From Entomortierella parvispora E1425 (Eukaryota; Fungi; Mortierellomycota): 64,000 nt of DNA. Under the pieces are notes generated by a model. That model saw only the letters and a program-made list of their open reading frames with translations, made no database searches and was not told where the DNA came from. The stretch is taken from positions 558,001-622,000 of the forward strand of contig BQFW01000004.1 of NCBI GenBank assembly GCA_020891255.1, read 5' to 3'. A program made the translations under genes and the position numbers. Every line of letters starts with the position of its first letter. The first letter of the stretch is position 1. This document shows, one piece after another, positions 36,880 to 48,707 of the stretch.

Positions 36880-37845
36880 ATGCACTTCCGGACAACAACA
36901 ACATTCGCGCTCTCAGTCGCCCTTCTAATTTTCTCACCCCTTGATTTCGTAACTTCTGCTTCAACTTCACGCTCCATCACTCGTGCGGTCCTGTCCGAGG
37001 AGCAAGATGAAGGTGTTGGCGCTCGTGTCCGCCGCTCGATCGGACGTCCCGAACTCCGGAACCACGATCCTTTCTTGATGCTCGACGAGTTCAATATTGA
37101 CAACAACGGAGGCTTTCCTGACCACCCTCATCGAGGTTTCGAGACTGTGACCTACATGCTTGAGGGTCAGTTCCAGCACGAGGATTTCGCTGGCCATAAA
37201 GGTGTCATCGGACCCGGCGACCTGCAATGGATGACAGCTGGAAGGGGAATAGTTCATTCCGAGATGCCGGTCAAGTCCAACACACGAGCCCACGGACTGC
37301 AGCTCTGGATCAATCTGCCAAAGGAGCACAAGATGTGTGAACCTCAATACCAGGAACTTTTGGACCAAGAAATCCCAAGGGCACAACCAGAGGAGGGTAT
37401 CGTGGTCAAGGTCATGGCAGGGAAATCTTATGGAGTAGAATCCAAGGTCTATACCAGGACCCCGACCATGTTTTTGGATTTCAAAATGGCACCCCACAAG
37501 GTGGCTGAACAAACCATTCCTGCGGACTATACTGGCTTCATCTATATGCTTTCGGGAACGACGTTTATTGGAGGCAACAATGACGGCGAGAATGGCGTCT
37601 TTGAGGGCAAAGCTCACCATACGTTGACGTTTTCAGAGGATGGAAAGGATACTGTCAGGATCGAGACGAGAGAGGAGCCTGCCCATTTCGTTTTCATTGC
37701 TGGCCAGCCCTTGCATGAGCCGATCGTTCAACACGGGCCTTTTGTCATGAACACAAACGAGGAAATCTATGAGACGGTCTTTGATTTCCGAAATGCCGTC
37801 AATGGATTCGAAAGGGCTGATCAGTGGCGATCGTCGATCGAGTAA
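36880..37845 (+). CDS. PIR: Pirin (bicupin, iron-binding) with hydrophobic N-terminal extension
   Basis: EGVGARVRRSIG, DPFLMLDEF, GFPDHPHRGFETVTY, HEDF, GDLQWMTAGRGIVHSEMP, LQLWINLP, PIVQHGPFVMN. Intronless; ATATAAA at 36781. Confidence 0.95.
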   Translation: MHFRTTTTFALSVALLIFSPLDFVTSASTSRSITRAVLSEEQDEGVGARVRRSIGRPELRNHDPFLMLDEFNIDNNGGFPDHPHRGFETVTYMLEGQFQHEDFAGHKGVIGPGDLQWMTAGRGIVHSEMPVKSNTRAHGLQLWINLPKEHKMCEPQYQELLDQEIPRAQPEEGIVVKVMAGKSYGVESKVYTRTPTMFLDFKMAPHKVAEQTIPADYTGFIYMLSGTTFIGGNNDGENGVFEGKAHHTLTFSEDGKDTVRIETREEPAHFVFIAGQPLHEPIVQHGPFVMNTNEEIYETVFDFRNAVNGFERADQWRSSIE

Positions 37846-39117
37846 GGAGTGAGGCACAAAGTAGGAGATATTATACCCATCCGTGTCCTACTTACCTCTC
37901 ATAAAGCAAGCTGTCAACCTGCGAAGATCGTTTATTACAATGTGGAGCGAAGTGAAACGCTAGTTTTGGTGGCGTGGTCACGACCGATGCATTCCTCCAA
38001 AAAAAAAAAAAGTCCTAGGGCGAGCTGCTCCAAACAAGGACAAAAGCCAGCACGAAGGAAGAGTAGAGAGGCAGGGAGGAAAGGGCCGAGATGTTATATC
38101 TCTTGCTCCTGTGCTATTGAAGTCGATGACCCCTGATTTTTGCTCTTTGACTGACCTTGGTTCATTCATCGTTGTTCGTGACCAGTGGCCCGGTCTCCGC
38201 CCTCGTCGCCCCATTTTTTTCTCCATTTGTGCCAGGAACAATTGCCTGTGCATTTCGCGCACGCGCGGCCACGAGTCTTGGCTCTCATCTCAAGAAATTC
38301 AGGGGCAAAAGAAGGCAGCCGTCAAAGCTTGCTCGAAGGGGGCGTGTTGACGTACCTAGGAGAAGTATCAAGAATCAACCTCGACTCAACGGCACGTTTC
38401 CAGGGGGTGAGGGAGAAGGGGGGTCAATAAGACCAAAGAAGCATAAAATTAGAGTGTGGGGACTCTCAGTGAACCATGGGATACGCCATAGTCTATGGTT
38501 CATTTTTGCCTTTGGGTGAATGGGGCGAGCGCGTTCAATGTTTGACGGTCGATCTCTGAAATCCTGCATCTTGAGATCTGTCCGTTTGAAAACAACAACA
38601 AAAAAAGAATAGGGAGGGAGTGAAGAAGAAAGAAATGCAATTTCGTTCTTTGCATGAAAAAGTACAGCTGCGCTCGCCCTGACGGACAAAGGGCTGGGCC
38701 ATGGTCCATGCTCGCCCCCTGGACAAATGAGCAAATGCAGAAGCAACCCTCTCGGCCTGTTTTTTTTTTGGTATGATGACACGAGTTGAAGTGTGTGCTT
38801 GATACAAGACTGTCCACGATCAAGCGAAGACTGACCCACAACGGTCCACCCAAATCGAAATGAATGGGCCAGCCCTTGCATCTGGAAAACATTTAAAAAG
38901 CAATGACTTTGCTTCAAGGCAGCTGAGAGAGAGAGATCTAGCGACCAAACGAATCTCTCCAGTTCCTTCCTTCATTCCATTTGAACTCCCTACCTACCGA
39001 TCCTCATATCAACTATCTTTGATTTCTTTCCTCACCACTACCTCTTTTTGCGAAAGACACTCCCTTACTCGCAACACGACTCGCCTTAATTGAACCCTCA
39101 GTTTTCTTCACCTTGTC

Positions 39118-39165
39118 CACGTCTTTCACCGCGTCTTTCACCACGTCTTTCACCACGTTTTCCAG
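39118..39165. repeat. 12-bp tandem repeat x4 (CACGTCTTTCAC) upstream of the 7TM gene
   Basis: cacgtctttcac cgcgtctttcac cacgtctttcac cacgttttccag. Confidence 0.75.
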
Positions 39166-39306
39166 GTTGAATAAACAGTTGGCGTGCACTTGTCGCTCCG
39201 TGGATAATCAAATTGGACAATCGACCCTCTCCCATCTTCTTTTTCTTCTGCCTCTGCCTATTCTATCAGCTACCCTCTTCCTCTTTAACGATATCTGCAC
39301 ATCATA

Positions 39307-40539
39307 ATGTCCACCCCACTCACACCCGAGAACATGACGCTGTTCATGCCTGACATCGAAGGTATGGAAGGAGTAGCTAACCACGTAGCAACCGTCCCCA
39401 AATGAAGTGCGTATTCTAACCACGAGCTTGAAAACATCAACAGAAACCTTGTCCCTCTTGATCTCGCTAGGCTGTATCACTGTAATGTCTCTACTCTTTG
39501 GTCGCAAGACCGCTGGTACAAAGTTGGCCACGATCAATTACGCCCGTGGCCTGGTCATTGCCCTCTATCTGGTCTCTTGGACGTTTTCGTTCATTGCCGC
39601 ACAGTTGGTCCAGACCAACGACTATAACTTTACATCGTGTTCTATGTCGATCTTGACCTGCATCGTCCTGTATGCGGCCTCCAAGATCATCATTTACCTT
39701 TTCTTGATGGAAAAGGTCTATGTTGTCACGGCCATTGGCCAAACTCGAAGAGAGTTTTGGGTAAGTCGCAAAATAGATTGTTCTCGTAAATGTGAGAGAC
39801 ATCCATGTTTGTCCTGCAAAGCACTTGATGGGGACGGGAAGGGGAAGGTTGCAAAATTTTCCTAATTCATTTTTTTTTGTTTCCAACTTTGTTATTTTTT
39901 CTTTTTCATGCCCTGCAGCTTTACCGAGTGAATATGGCTCTGATGACGCCCTATGTTGGTGTCATAGTCCTGATGGTGAAATTCAGAGCTGCAACTATCG
40001 ACGAGGACGGTATCTGCCGTATTGGTCTCTTGCGCGAGTCTGCATTGCCCCTGATTCTGTACGATTTGTTCCTTTCCACCTGGCTGACAATGTTGTTCAT
40101 TCGTCCATTGTTGAGCTCCAAATCGACCATCTCTGGCCCGTCCAAGAGCCGACTCCGAGATGTGGCCAGGAAAACAATGATCGGGGCCCTGGTGGCCTTG
40201 ATGCTGAGCTCCTGCAACATCTTCACGCTAGCCTATTTTCAAGGGAGGGAGCGAGGTTTGATGTGCTTGTCTAGTTGCACCGCAGATGTAACCTTGAACG
40301 CGATCACGATCCACTGGGTGACTTCGCGTGCAAATTTGAAGACCGAAACGGCCGTGCAGGGAGGTGGAGGCAAGAACGCTATTGGAGCGAACACCATTGG
40401 TGGGAGTCGGCGTAACGTATCAACGACCCCTGAAAAGAGCCAACTCGGAACTCATGTTACTGTCGAAGCCTATGTGGAAGAGTTCCATATGAGATCATTT
40501 TCCAATCCCGAGCCTTCAGAAGTCCCTGCCGCAGTGTAA
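39307..40539 (+). CDS. Multi-pass (about 7 TM) GPCR-like membrane protein
   Basis: Exons 39307-39361, 39444-39760, 39920-40539. Seven hydrophobic segments; Cys in two extracellular loops (NFTSC, DGICRIG); low-complexity C-tail. Confidence 0.6.
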
Positions 40540-41619
40540 AGTCCCTCCTTATCTCAAATAAAATGCAATGACCCCATAATATACAGCTGCGAGTTCTGAA
40601 GCAATTAAAGCAGGCCGGCATTGGCAATATTAATTGGTCGAGTCATTGCGTGTTGATTATAGCCAGATATTCTCGTTGACAGGAATCCGCCTGAACAACA
40701 GGAAAATAATCTCATCCGGTAAACATTTCGGAAAACCGTTTTTGCTAAAATGAACAGCGGTTCGGTTTTGGTGACTGTGCACGAAGCACGAGCAGCGACC
40801 GGGTAGATAGTTCCCCAAGGGCGAGGGTTGCTGCAAATGAACTTTGGACGAAAGGAAAAGTTTTATCGAAGTGGAAAAAGTAAAACAGGTCTGCAAATTT
40901 TCCTTGGGGAGTAAGTCATCACGGTCTGCCGCGGCCCTTTCCGCGCGGTTGGTCGAACTCAAGATGATCGAGTTCATGATCCGCTGAAATCTCCAGATTT
41001 GGGAGACAAACAAAAAAAAACCAGGCAGCGCACAAAGTCATGGAGGGGGTGTAGAGAGATATCAAAGAACAAAAAAAAAAAAAGCCGAATCTGCCATTGT
41101 CACCAAAGTCTACCCCCTTCTCTTTTGCTCCTGGGCAACAGGCAAGAGTTCCTCGGCAGCTTGCGATGCCAAGAAAAAGTTGTTTACGACCAGGGACAAA
41201 AAAAGCATTTGGCCAAACTTTAAATCTGTTACACGCGCTGGAAGCCAAAAAATCAGAGTCGGACTGTGGCCAAGCCAGAGTGACACCCTTCTATTTTCTT
41301 GGCGCAGCCATGACAGCACAGGTGCGTCGCGGCTGTAAGATTCATCCCGCGTACAGCACAACCTTGGCAACAACAGGGGCACAAGCCAACAAAGACTCCG
41401 ATCCGTCGTGGCTGCTCGCGCGCTCTCATGTCTTGGTATGAGCGTGTCAAACTGACAGATCGTCCAGGTCAGATTTCCTTTAAAAGGTCGGCAACTTCCC
41501 TTGAAAAAAAAATCTTCATCTTCACAGAAAACCAACTCCAGTTCTCCACTTTCACCAGGAAAACAATTATCTACTCATCATCCAAACTTTCACACAACAC
41601 AATATCCCCTTCTAAAGCA

Positions 41620-42150
41620 ATGGTCTCCGCTACCGTCTCCGCCATCTCAACCTCTACTCCAAACGCTCACGAGTGTTACTCCAGGACAATTGAGTCCCTG
41701 CAGGTTAAACCCTGTGTTGCTAAAGGACATCGCGAATGTTCAAAGGGCTTTTTGACAGACCACTGCCACAAGTGCACCCGAGGCTCTATCTCCTGCAACA
41801 TGTGCAACTCCTCCTCTGAATCTTCGACAGCCTCTTGCATCTTTTGCTTTGACGGATACAAGGAGTGCGACGACTGCTTTGGAATCGGATATGTCCAGCG
41901 CATTTGCCAAGACTGTGTCAAGGCCCATTACCGTTCTCAACAGGTTACTTCCCCTGTCTCCGCTCTACCCATGGCAATGAACACGATCGGATCCAAGGTC
42001 AAGAGCCAAATTTCGTCCCTTCAACGTCAACCCATTTACCAGAATGGAGCCGCACTTCTCTCCAGCAAGAGCTTTAGCTCTTACATCTCCAGTTCCACCA
42101 AGAGGCTTTCGTTCTCAGCACTGTCGACAAAGTCGAGTTCGAGTGTGTAA
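41620..42150 (+). CDS. Small Cys-rich protein with DnaJ-type CxxC(xG) zinc-finger repeats; no J domain
   Basis: CHKCTRG, CNMC, CIFCFDG, CDDCFGIG, CQDC; Ser-rich tail; intronless, 176 aa. Confidence 0.7.
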   Translation: MVSATVSAISTSTPNAHECYSRTIESLQVKPCVAKGHRECSKGFLTDHCHKCTRGSISCNMCNSSSESSTASCIFCFDGYKECDDCFGIGYVQRICQDCVKAHYRSQQVTSPVSALPMAMNTIGSKVKSQISSLQRQPIYQNGAALLSSKSFSSYISSSTKRLSFSALSTKSSSSV

Positions 42151-42371
42151 AAGCAATCCTTTATCCTTTATTTTTGATACCCCTTGCTCCCCTGTACAAA
42201 ACCCATGTAAAATAATGAATAAAGTCGCATACCCTTAATGACATCTTTCGTGCCAATTTCAGCCTTTCTTTCTTCAGCCTGGTCCTTCCTCCTCTTTTTC
42301 ATTCCCACAGACAACATCGCATCCTCATACTTCCAATACTCAAGTTTTATCGAACAAGCTTTGGTAGACTC

Positions 42372-43817
42372 ATGCCCAACATTAGCCTCTACTTTGTCCG
42401 TCACGGACAGCGAATCGATCAAGTTGACAAAAGCTGGGCGCAGTCATCCCCTTGTCCCCAGGACCCGCCACTCACTGACCTGGGAAAGAACCAAGCCCGT
42501 CAGACAGGCAAAATCATTCGAGACTTTGCCCTCGAGAGCTCAAGCAACCTGACCTGCAGCAACGTCTTTTCGACTTTAACTGACCCCTCTTCCTCATCTC
42601 GATCGTCGACTTCTTGGTCCGTTCAGAAGATCACGCCGCCCGAATCACCGGATCTCGCAGACACACTCAGCTCTGTTCAACTGGATGAACCACTCGAGAC
42701 TGGAGCATCCGAGCCGACGAGTTCTCGGGAGACACGGCGGAGGAGCGGTGGGAATACCCGCCGACCACATCACTTTGCAATCTTAACCAGTCCTTTTTTG
42801 CGCTGTTCTCAGACGGCAATCGAGATGGCTATTGGTATCAGGACAGAATCGGCAGCCTCGAACAGCACAACGACTAGTCCCAGTCTGGGAGAAGCACAGG
42901 AGAAACCGAGGCAAAGTTTGGACAAGATCGATCAGGCTTGCGACCGCGACCTAGTTACTATCGCGGTCGAGTCTGGACTCGCAGGTAAGACTTCCACAAA
43001 AATGGCCTCGAGCTACATTCCGTCTCATGCGAGGGAGGCGCCATCAGCCTGTGATTCATTGCCCCGTGCAACACCATTTGGCTTGTTTGTCTGGCCACCT
43101 GATGCATCGTTGATTGCGACCAAACTGTGGAGAGCGAGTTCAGACAATCATGTGATTGCGAGCATGCATCCCTTTATGAGCGGTGGTGACACGAACGATC
43201 CAATGACCTTATTTATTCATTCTTTGCTCTTCTTCCCACCTTCCCAGAGTGGTTGTCAATGGAGTATGTCGCCGAGCCTGTCCCAAGCTCGATCATTGTC
43301 CAACGGATGCAGGAATTTGCGATGGCAAGGCATGAGCATACCCCTTTCTACACAGTCGACTGGAAGTACCAGGCCTCTGAGCGCGCGCTACCCGACTGGC
43401 CCGAAGTGCACGAAGATATGCAGGAAAGACTGGACCGGACTCTAAATCACATTCTGCGAGCCTACTCGGCCGCCGCCTTGGAGCGCGACCTATCTATTAT
43501 CTTTGTCACACATGCATCCCCTGTCAATGGTAAGAACTCGATAATTTACCTTGCGCCGATGGCTGGCTGTGTTCTAACCCTTTGTATCTGAAATAGCTCT
43601 TCTGGAAGCTTGTCTGCAAACACCAATTCTTGTGCCTGTGCCCAATTGCTCTATCTCCCGGTGCCGATGGATCGCGGAGGAGGCACAGTCAGACGTAGCA
43701 CCCTCGGGAGAAGGCTGGATGCGGTCTAAAAAGATTCAAACCATGTCCGATCAGCGAGGATGGTGGCTTTTGGACTATCAGACACATACCCGTCATCTGG
43801 CTCGCGACCTTAGATGA
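42372..43817 (+). CDS. Histidine phosphatase (phosphoglycerate mutase-like) family protein
   Basis: LYFVRHGQRID..DPPLTDLG, ILTSPFLRCSQTA, VESGLA|EW, IIFVTHASPVN. Introns ~42985-43247 and ~43530-43596. Confidence 0.88.
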
Positions 43818-44068
43818 AAAATGTCGGCTCTGTTGTTTGACATGTCCGGCTTATGTCTCTGTCGTTACCGGTTGCCGGATGAACAGGCACAATAAAATAC
43901 CCAATTGTTATTCCTGGATTTCATCTCTGGGAGCTGTGCATACAAAAGTCGCCAGCGCAGGTCCAAAAATTAGGACTGCCCTTTTGCAACACGCGAAAAA
44001 AAGGCAAAGGCTTTGCCTTGTTGTTTGGTGGCACTCAGCGTTATCTTGTGGTTCTCGTCTTCGCATCC

Positions 44069-45311
44069 ATGCCGCAGCCTCCATCGCACATCATTCCTTC
44101 CTTCAGTTCGCTCATTGTCTTCACTGCGGCGCCATCTGTCCACTCTGCTGTTTCAGCCGCTCGACCTCATTTCGCCTATTTCGCTCGACTTTACACGAGC
44201 ACGAATCGACCTTCTCTTCTTCAAACCAATCCAATGAGCCAATTCACCGCCAGGAGCTCTGCCTCCCCAAAAGCAAGTTCATCGTCTTCCTCCTCTTTTC
44301 ACTCGAGCAACACCTCATGGAAAACCAATCACTCAGGTCCTAAGGGATATATCCCCCACGAGGATAAAGATTACGCGGATACAGCAGCGGGGGCATCCTC
44401 AAAGTTCTACAACGCCGAAACAAAGACCTACTTCCCTACAAAACCCATTCGGCCCATTCGAAAGTCGTATCTAGAGATTGCGAGCCAAGAGCCCGTCACT
44501 TTGGAAAGCCCCCAAAAGCTGCTTGTCATCTTGGATCTGAATGGAACCCTCTTTTACAGAACCAAAGGTTCGAACCGTTCCGTGACTCCAAGGCCGTACC
44601 TTTCTCCGTTTTTGGACTTTTTGTTTGAACACTGCACAGTGATGGTGTGGAGTTCAGCCCAACCCCACTCCGTCGAGGCCATGTTGGGTTGTGGATTTGG
44701 GGACAGGGTGCCCAGATTGGCAAGAATCTGGACTAGAGAACACTTTCGATTGCCTCGAGTTGACTATACTCGAAAGGTCTTGACCATTAAGGACCTGGAG
44801 TTTGTCTGGGAGGGCATTGAGGCCGAGGAAAAGCTCTTTGCCGCAAAGCAATCCAAGAAGGATTCAAAAGAAGAATCAAAGGTGGTCATCAAGTACGATC
44901 AAACAAACACAGTATTGATCGATGACTCCAAGGACAAAAGTCAGCTCCAGCCTCATAATGGCCTGGCGCTGACGGATTTCGATCACGATCTGGCCAGAGC
45001 AGGTACCGATAACGAGCTTTTGAAAGTCAAGAGTTATCTGGAGCGACTCATCTACCAGAAGAACGTGAGCGCATACATGCGCGCGCATCCTTTTGCTTCG
45101 GAGAAGGAGGGTAAGTCAATAATGACCTTTGGTTGCCTATTGAAAACATGGGTAGATCCGTGGATACAAGTAGAACTCATGAGCCATGTACTTGTTTTTT
45201 TGCATAGTTATCAACAAGAAGCCTATTGACACCAAGGACACAAAGAAAGATGACAAAGAAGCTGGTGATGAGATGGACCAGCTGTCTCGCCAGTTGGAGA
45301 AGACACTTTAG
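44069..45311 (+). CDS. HAD/NIF (FCP1-like) domain protein with probable mitochondrial leader
   Basis: KLLVILDLNGTLFYR, PRPYLSPFLDFLF, VMVWSSAQPHSV, KDLEFVW, TVLIDDS..K.QLQPHN. Intron 45111-45207; stop 45309-45311. Confidence 0.8.
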
Positions 45312-45386
45312 TCAGAACTTCTGAACTGACATTAATTCAACTCATTTCAATTCCAATAAAATCTGTACAACTTTTTCTTTTTATTT

Positions 45387-46237
45387 TCATTCTTGGGACG
45401 TTGAACGCTCCTTCTCGTTCGAATCTTGCAATTCAGACCCAATATTAGCTACCAAATGACCAGTACTTTCCTTCAAGACATCCACAGCATTGAGCCACGT
45501 TTCGAGTTCCTTTTCTTCTCCGTAGACGACGTTCTTGAAAGGGACTTGTGAGGATGTGATCCCAGCTTTTGTCAAGTAATGAAACTGTCGCCTCATTCCT
45601 CCTTGAATTTCGTTCACAAGTGTCATGTAGGAAGATGCCAAAGCATTGAACTGGGCCACCTTTTGGTCCTTCCTTTGAAGCAATGCTGCTTGGTCCAGAG
45701 TTTGGTTTTTGTTGTCTTCATCCTCGTCATCCTCGCCACTGAGAATTTGGATCGCCTCGCCAGCTGTCTCCAGTAATTGGACAATTCTCTATTGGAAAGA
45801 TCATGGATCAAAAGAGAATGAATCCTGTCAGCTTGACCAGTCCAGAACTCGGTAGGTTGAACCAGTAAACAAAAAAAAGTAGGGTCTCGGTGCCTTACCC
45901 TTTCCAATCCTCTCAGTTCAAGGATTCGAGTGGCGCTAGCTTGGTTATTCCTAGAGGTGCCTCCAATAGAAGAAGGGTTTGAGTCTTGCTGTTGTTCTTG
46001 GAGGTGCCGACGGGAACGAGAGGGGTCGTAATAGGCTTGGTATATGTATCCATCGGGAACTCGTTGCTTTTGTTTTGATGATCTCCGGTCTTGTGCTGTT
46101 GAATCAATGGCAGCTACTGGATCAGGTTGAATTGTCGTTGATGCTGATGCTAATGTTGTAGTGCCAACTGGTGACCGGAATGAACTAGGGGGACTAGCCA
46201 TGTCTGTGTCGCGCGGTGTGCCCTGGCCTGATTCCAT
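45387..46237 (-). CDS. MED11: Mediator subunit Med11-like
   Basis: Exons 46237-45899 and 45788-45387: RILELRGLER|RIVQLLETAGEAIQILS..FNALASSYMTLVNEIQGGMRRQFHYLTKAGI. Confidence 0.7.
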
Positions 46238-46441
46238 GGTTTGCTTTTGCTTGTTCCTGTTGCGAGATGAATGAATGCGAGCAAAAACGAACGAACGAGA
46301 CAGCGAAGGAAGGAGGCGCGTCTCGAAAGGCACAGTCACAATTCAAAAAAACCTTCACTCCCATTTTCTCCACCAACGTGAACTTGACTCCTCCTCCCTT
46401 CGCTTCCTCACTACCAACACTCCCCTTCCCTTCGCTTCCTC

Positions 46442-48111
46442 ATGAAAACCTCATTCATCCTTGCCGGGATCTTGTCCTTGGCAGTTGCCTCACAGGCAGA
46501 GCTGACACGGTATGATCCACTCGACTGGTCTGACAAAACCGTTGGTTGCCACCAACCTCCTGCTTCCCACTTACACTTTTTTTCTCTGCCTTCCTCCATG
46601 GCGTGCAATCCATTGTACTTCATTAAACAGCATTCAGCTCAAGAAGGCTGACCTCACCCCCAGAGAACAGATGCTCGCTTACTCTGAGGCTGGCTCGTAC
46701 ATGGCTCAAAAGTACTTTGGCTCTGTGAACCGCAAAATCAAGGCTGAAGAAGCAAACCAGATTTTTGGTGCAGATGCGAATGGCAGGCCCACCTACGGAG
46801 TTCCTCTTTCCAACTACATGAACGCGCAGGTGAGTTTTGAAGCAATTCTTTGCTGAGAGGGTTCATTGCATATGGCTTTAGTATCCTGCCCGCCAAAAGT
46901 TCATGCCACGGGTCTTGGGGCTCTTGGCATTTTCGGTTATGGCCATCAGCCCGTAAATAAGGAGACAGTTCATTTGCAATGTTCCAGAATGCGCGTGCTC
47001 CTTTGTAACCGTCACAAAAGCCTTTGTGGTGCCTTTCTCCCATCGCTTCCATCCCAGCCCATCCTGAGGCCGTACTCTTGGGCTCAGCGGTCTTTGACAT
47101 CGTCGTGTCGTCATCTGAGACGAGTTTCTCTTGATCGCATTGACCAACTTGATCTCTTGAAAAAAATAGTACTATGGTGATGTCAACGTTGGCACTCCTC
47201 CTCAGACTTTCTCTGTTGTTTTCGATACCGGCTCATCCAACTTCTGGGTTCCCTCAACCCACTGCAACTCCATTGCGTGTTTCTTGCATCGCCGTTTCGA
47301 CTCTGAAAAGTCCACCTCATTCCGACCCAATGGCACTCAGTTTGCGATCCAGTACGGCAGTGGTTCCTTGGAGGGCATCATTAGCAACGATATTGTAGAT
47401 GTTGGTGGAGTTCAGATCAAACACCAGGATTTTGGAGAGTCAGTCAAGGAACCCGGTCTTGCATTTGCATTCGGAAAGTTTGATGGTATCTTTGGACTTG
47501 GTTATGACACCATCTCGGTCTTGGGCGTCGTGCCGCCTTTTTACAACCTCGTCAACCAAAAGTTGATTCCTGAACCCGTCTTTGGATTCTACTTGGCTCA
47601 GGCAGATGGAAGCACTGGTGGACAGATGACTCTTGGTGGTGTGGACTCTAACCATTACAAGGGCGATTTGACTTGGCATAACGTCCGTCGCAAGGGCTAC
47701 TGGGAGATTGACTTGAACAAGGTTCAGTTGGGCGATGAGGAGGTCGACATGGACAAGGCCGGTGCCGTGATCGACACTGGTTCTTCATTGATTGTCCTCA
47801 AGACAGATCTGGCCGAGATGATCAACAAGCAAATTGGTGCCAAGAAGAACTATGCAGGACAGTACACGATTGAGTGCGATGCAGTGCCCAAGTTGCCCGA
47901 TTTCTCGTTCTTTTTTGGCCATACAAAGTACACTCTCAAGGGATCGGATTACGTTTTGAACGCCGGCGGATCTTGCATCAGTGGATTCATGGGCATGGAT
48001 TTCCCAGAGTCTTTGGGAGATCTTTGGATCGTCGGCGACGTGTTCTTGAGAAAGTACTACAGTGTCTATGACCTGGGCAAGAACCGTGTTGGATTCGCAG
48101 AATCAAAGTAA
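46442..48111 (+). CDS. PEP4: Vacuolar aspartic protease (proteinase A/saccharopepsin); intact catalytic pair
   Basis: Signal peptide; introns 46510-46630 and 46830-47169; VVFDTGSSNFWVPS and AVIDTGSSLI; IQYGSGS flap; WIVGDVFLRKYYSVYD. Confidence 0.95.
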
Positions 48112-48707
48112 ACAAAAGACATTATTCATTCAACTTTCTCCTCAATTTTTCGCGTGGTCCGCGGCCCTTTCTATTCTCGAAAACAATAAAAAAGAGTAAT
48201 AAGTTTAGATGGCATGACTTGAACCGAGGGCAAACAACTGGTCCTTTCTCAGTTGTTGGGAAAGAGGCAAAGCGCGTGCCCATGATCCATGCAATTTTTT
48301 TTTTTTGCAAGCATCCCATGCTTGTTGGCGTCATCAACAACAGAACAACTGAAGGGCTTGGGACAAAAGGTGTACTCTATATTCTCAATGGTGGTTCCCA
48401 TTCATTCAGGTAGTCACTGTAAGCTTTGCCATGCCCCATTCACATTATCACAATGCCCACTTCATTCAAGCGAACGACTCTTTTTTGTGTTAGATAGAGT
48501 GTGCAGTACCTTCAGAGACGAAGATTGGTGTCCGAAGAGAAAAGTCCACATGCCTCTTTTTGTACTTTGCCATTCGACCGCGGGCTCAAATCGTGCTGTT
48601 CTGTCTCGACTCTAAACAACAGCCCACACACAGGGTATAAATGGCCATTCGACACTATCCTTTCACCAACGTTCTTTCTCATCCCCCTACCCCCCATCAG
48701 TTTGACC

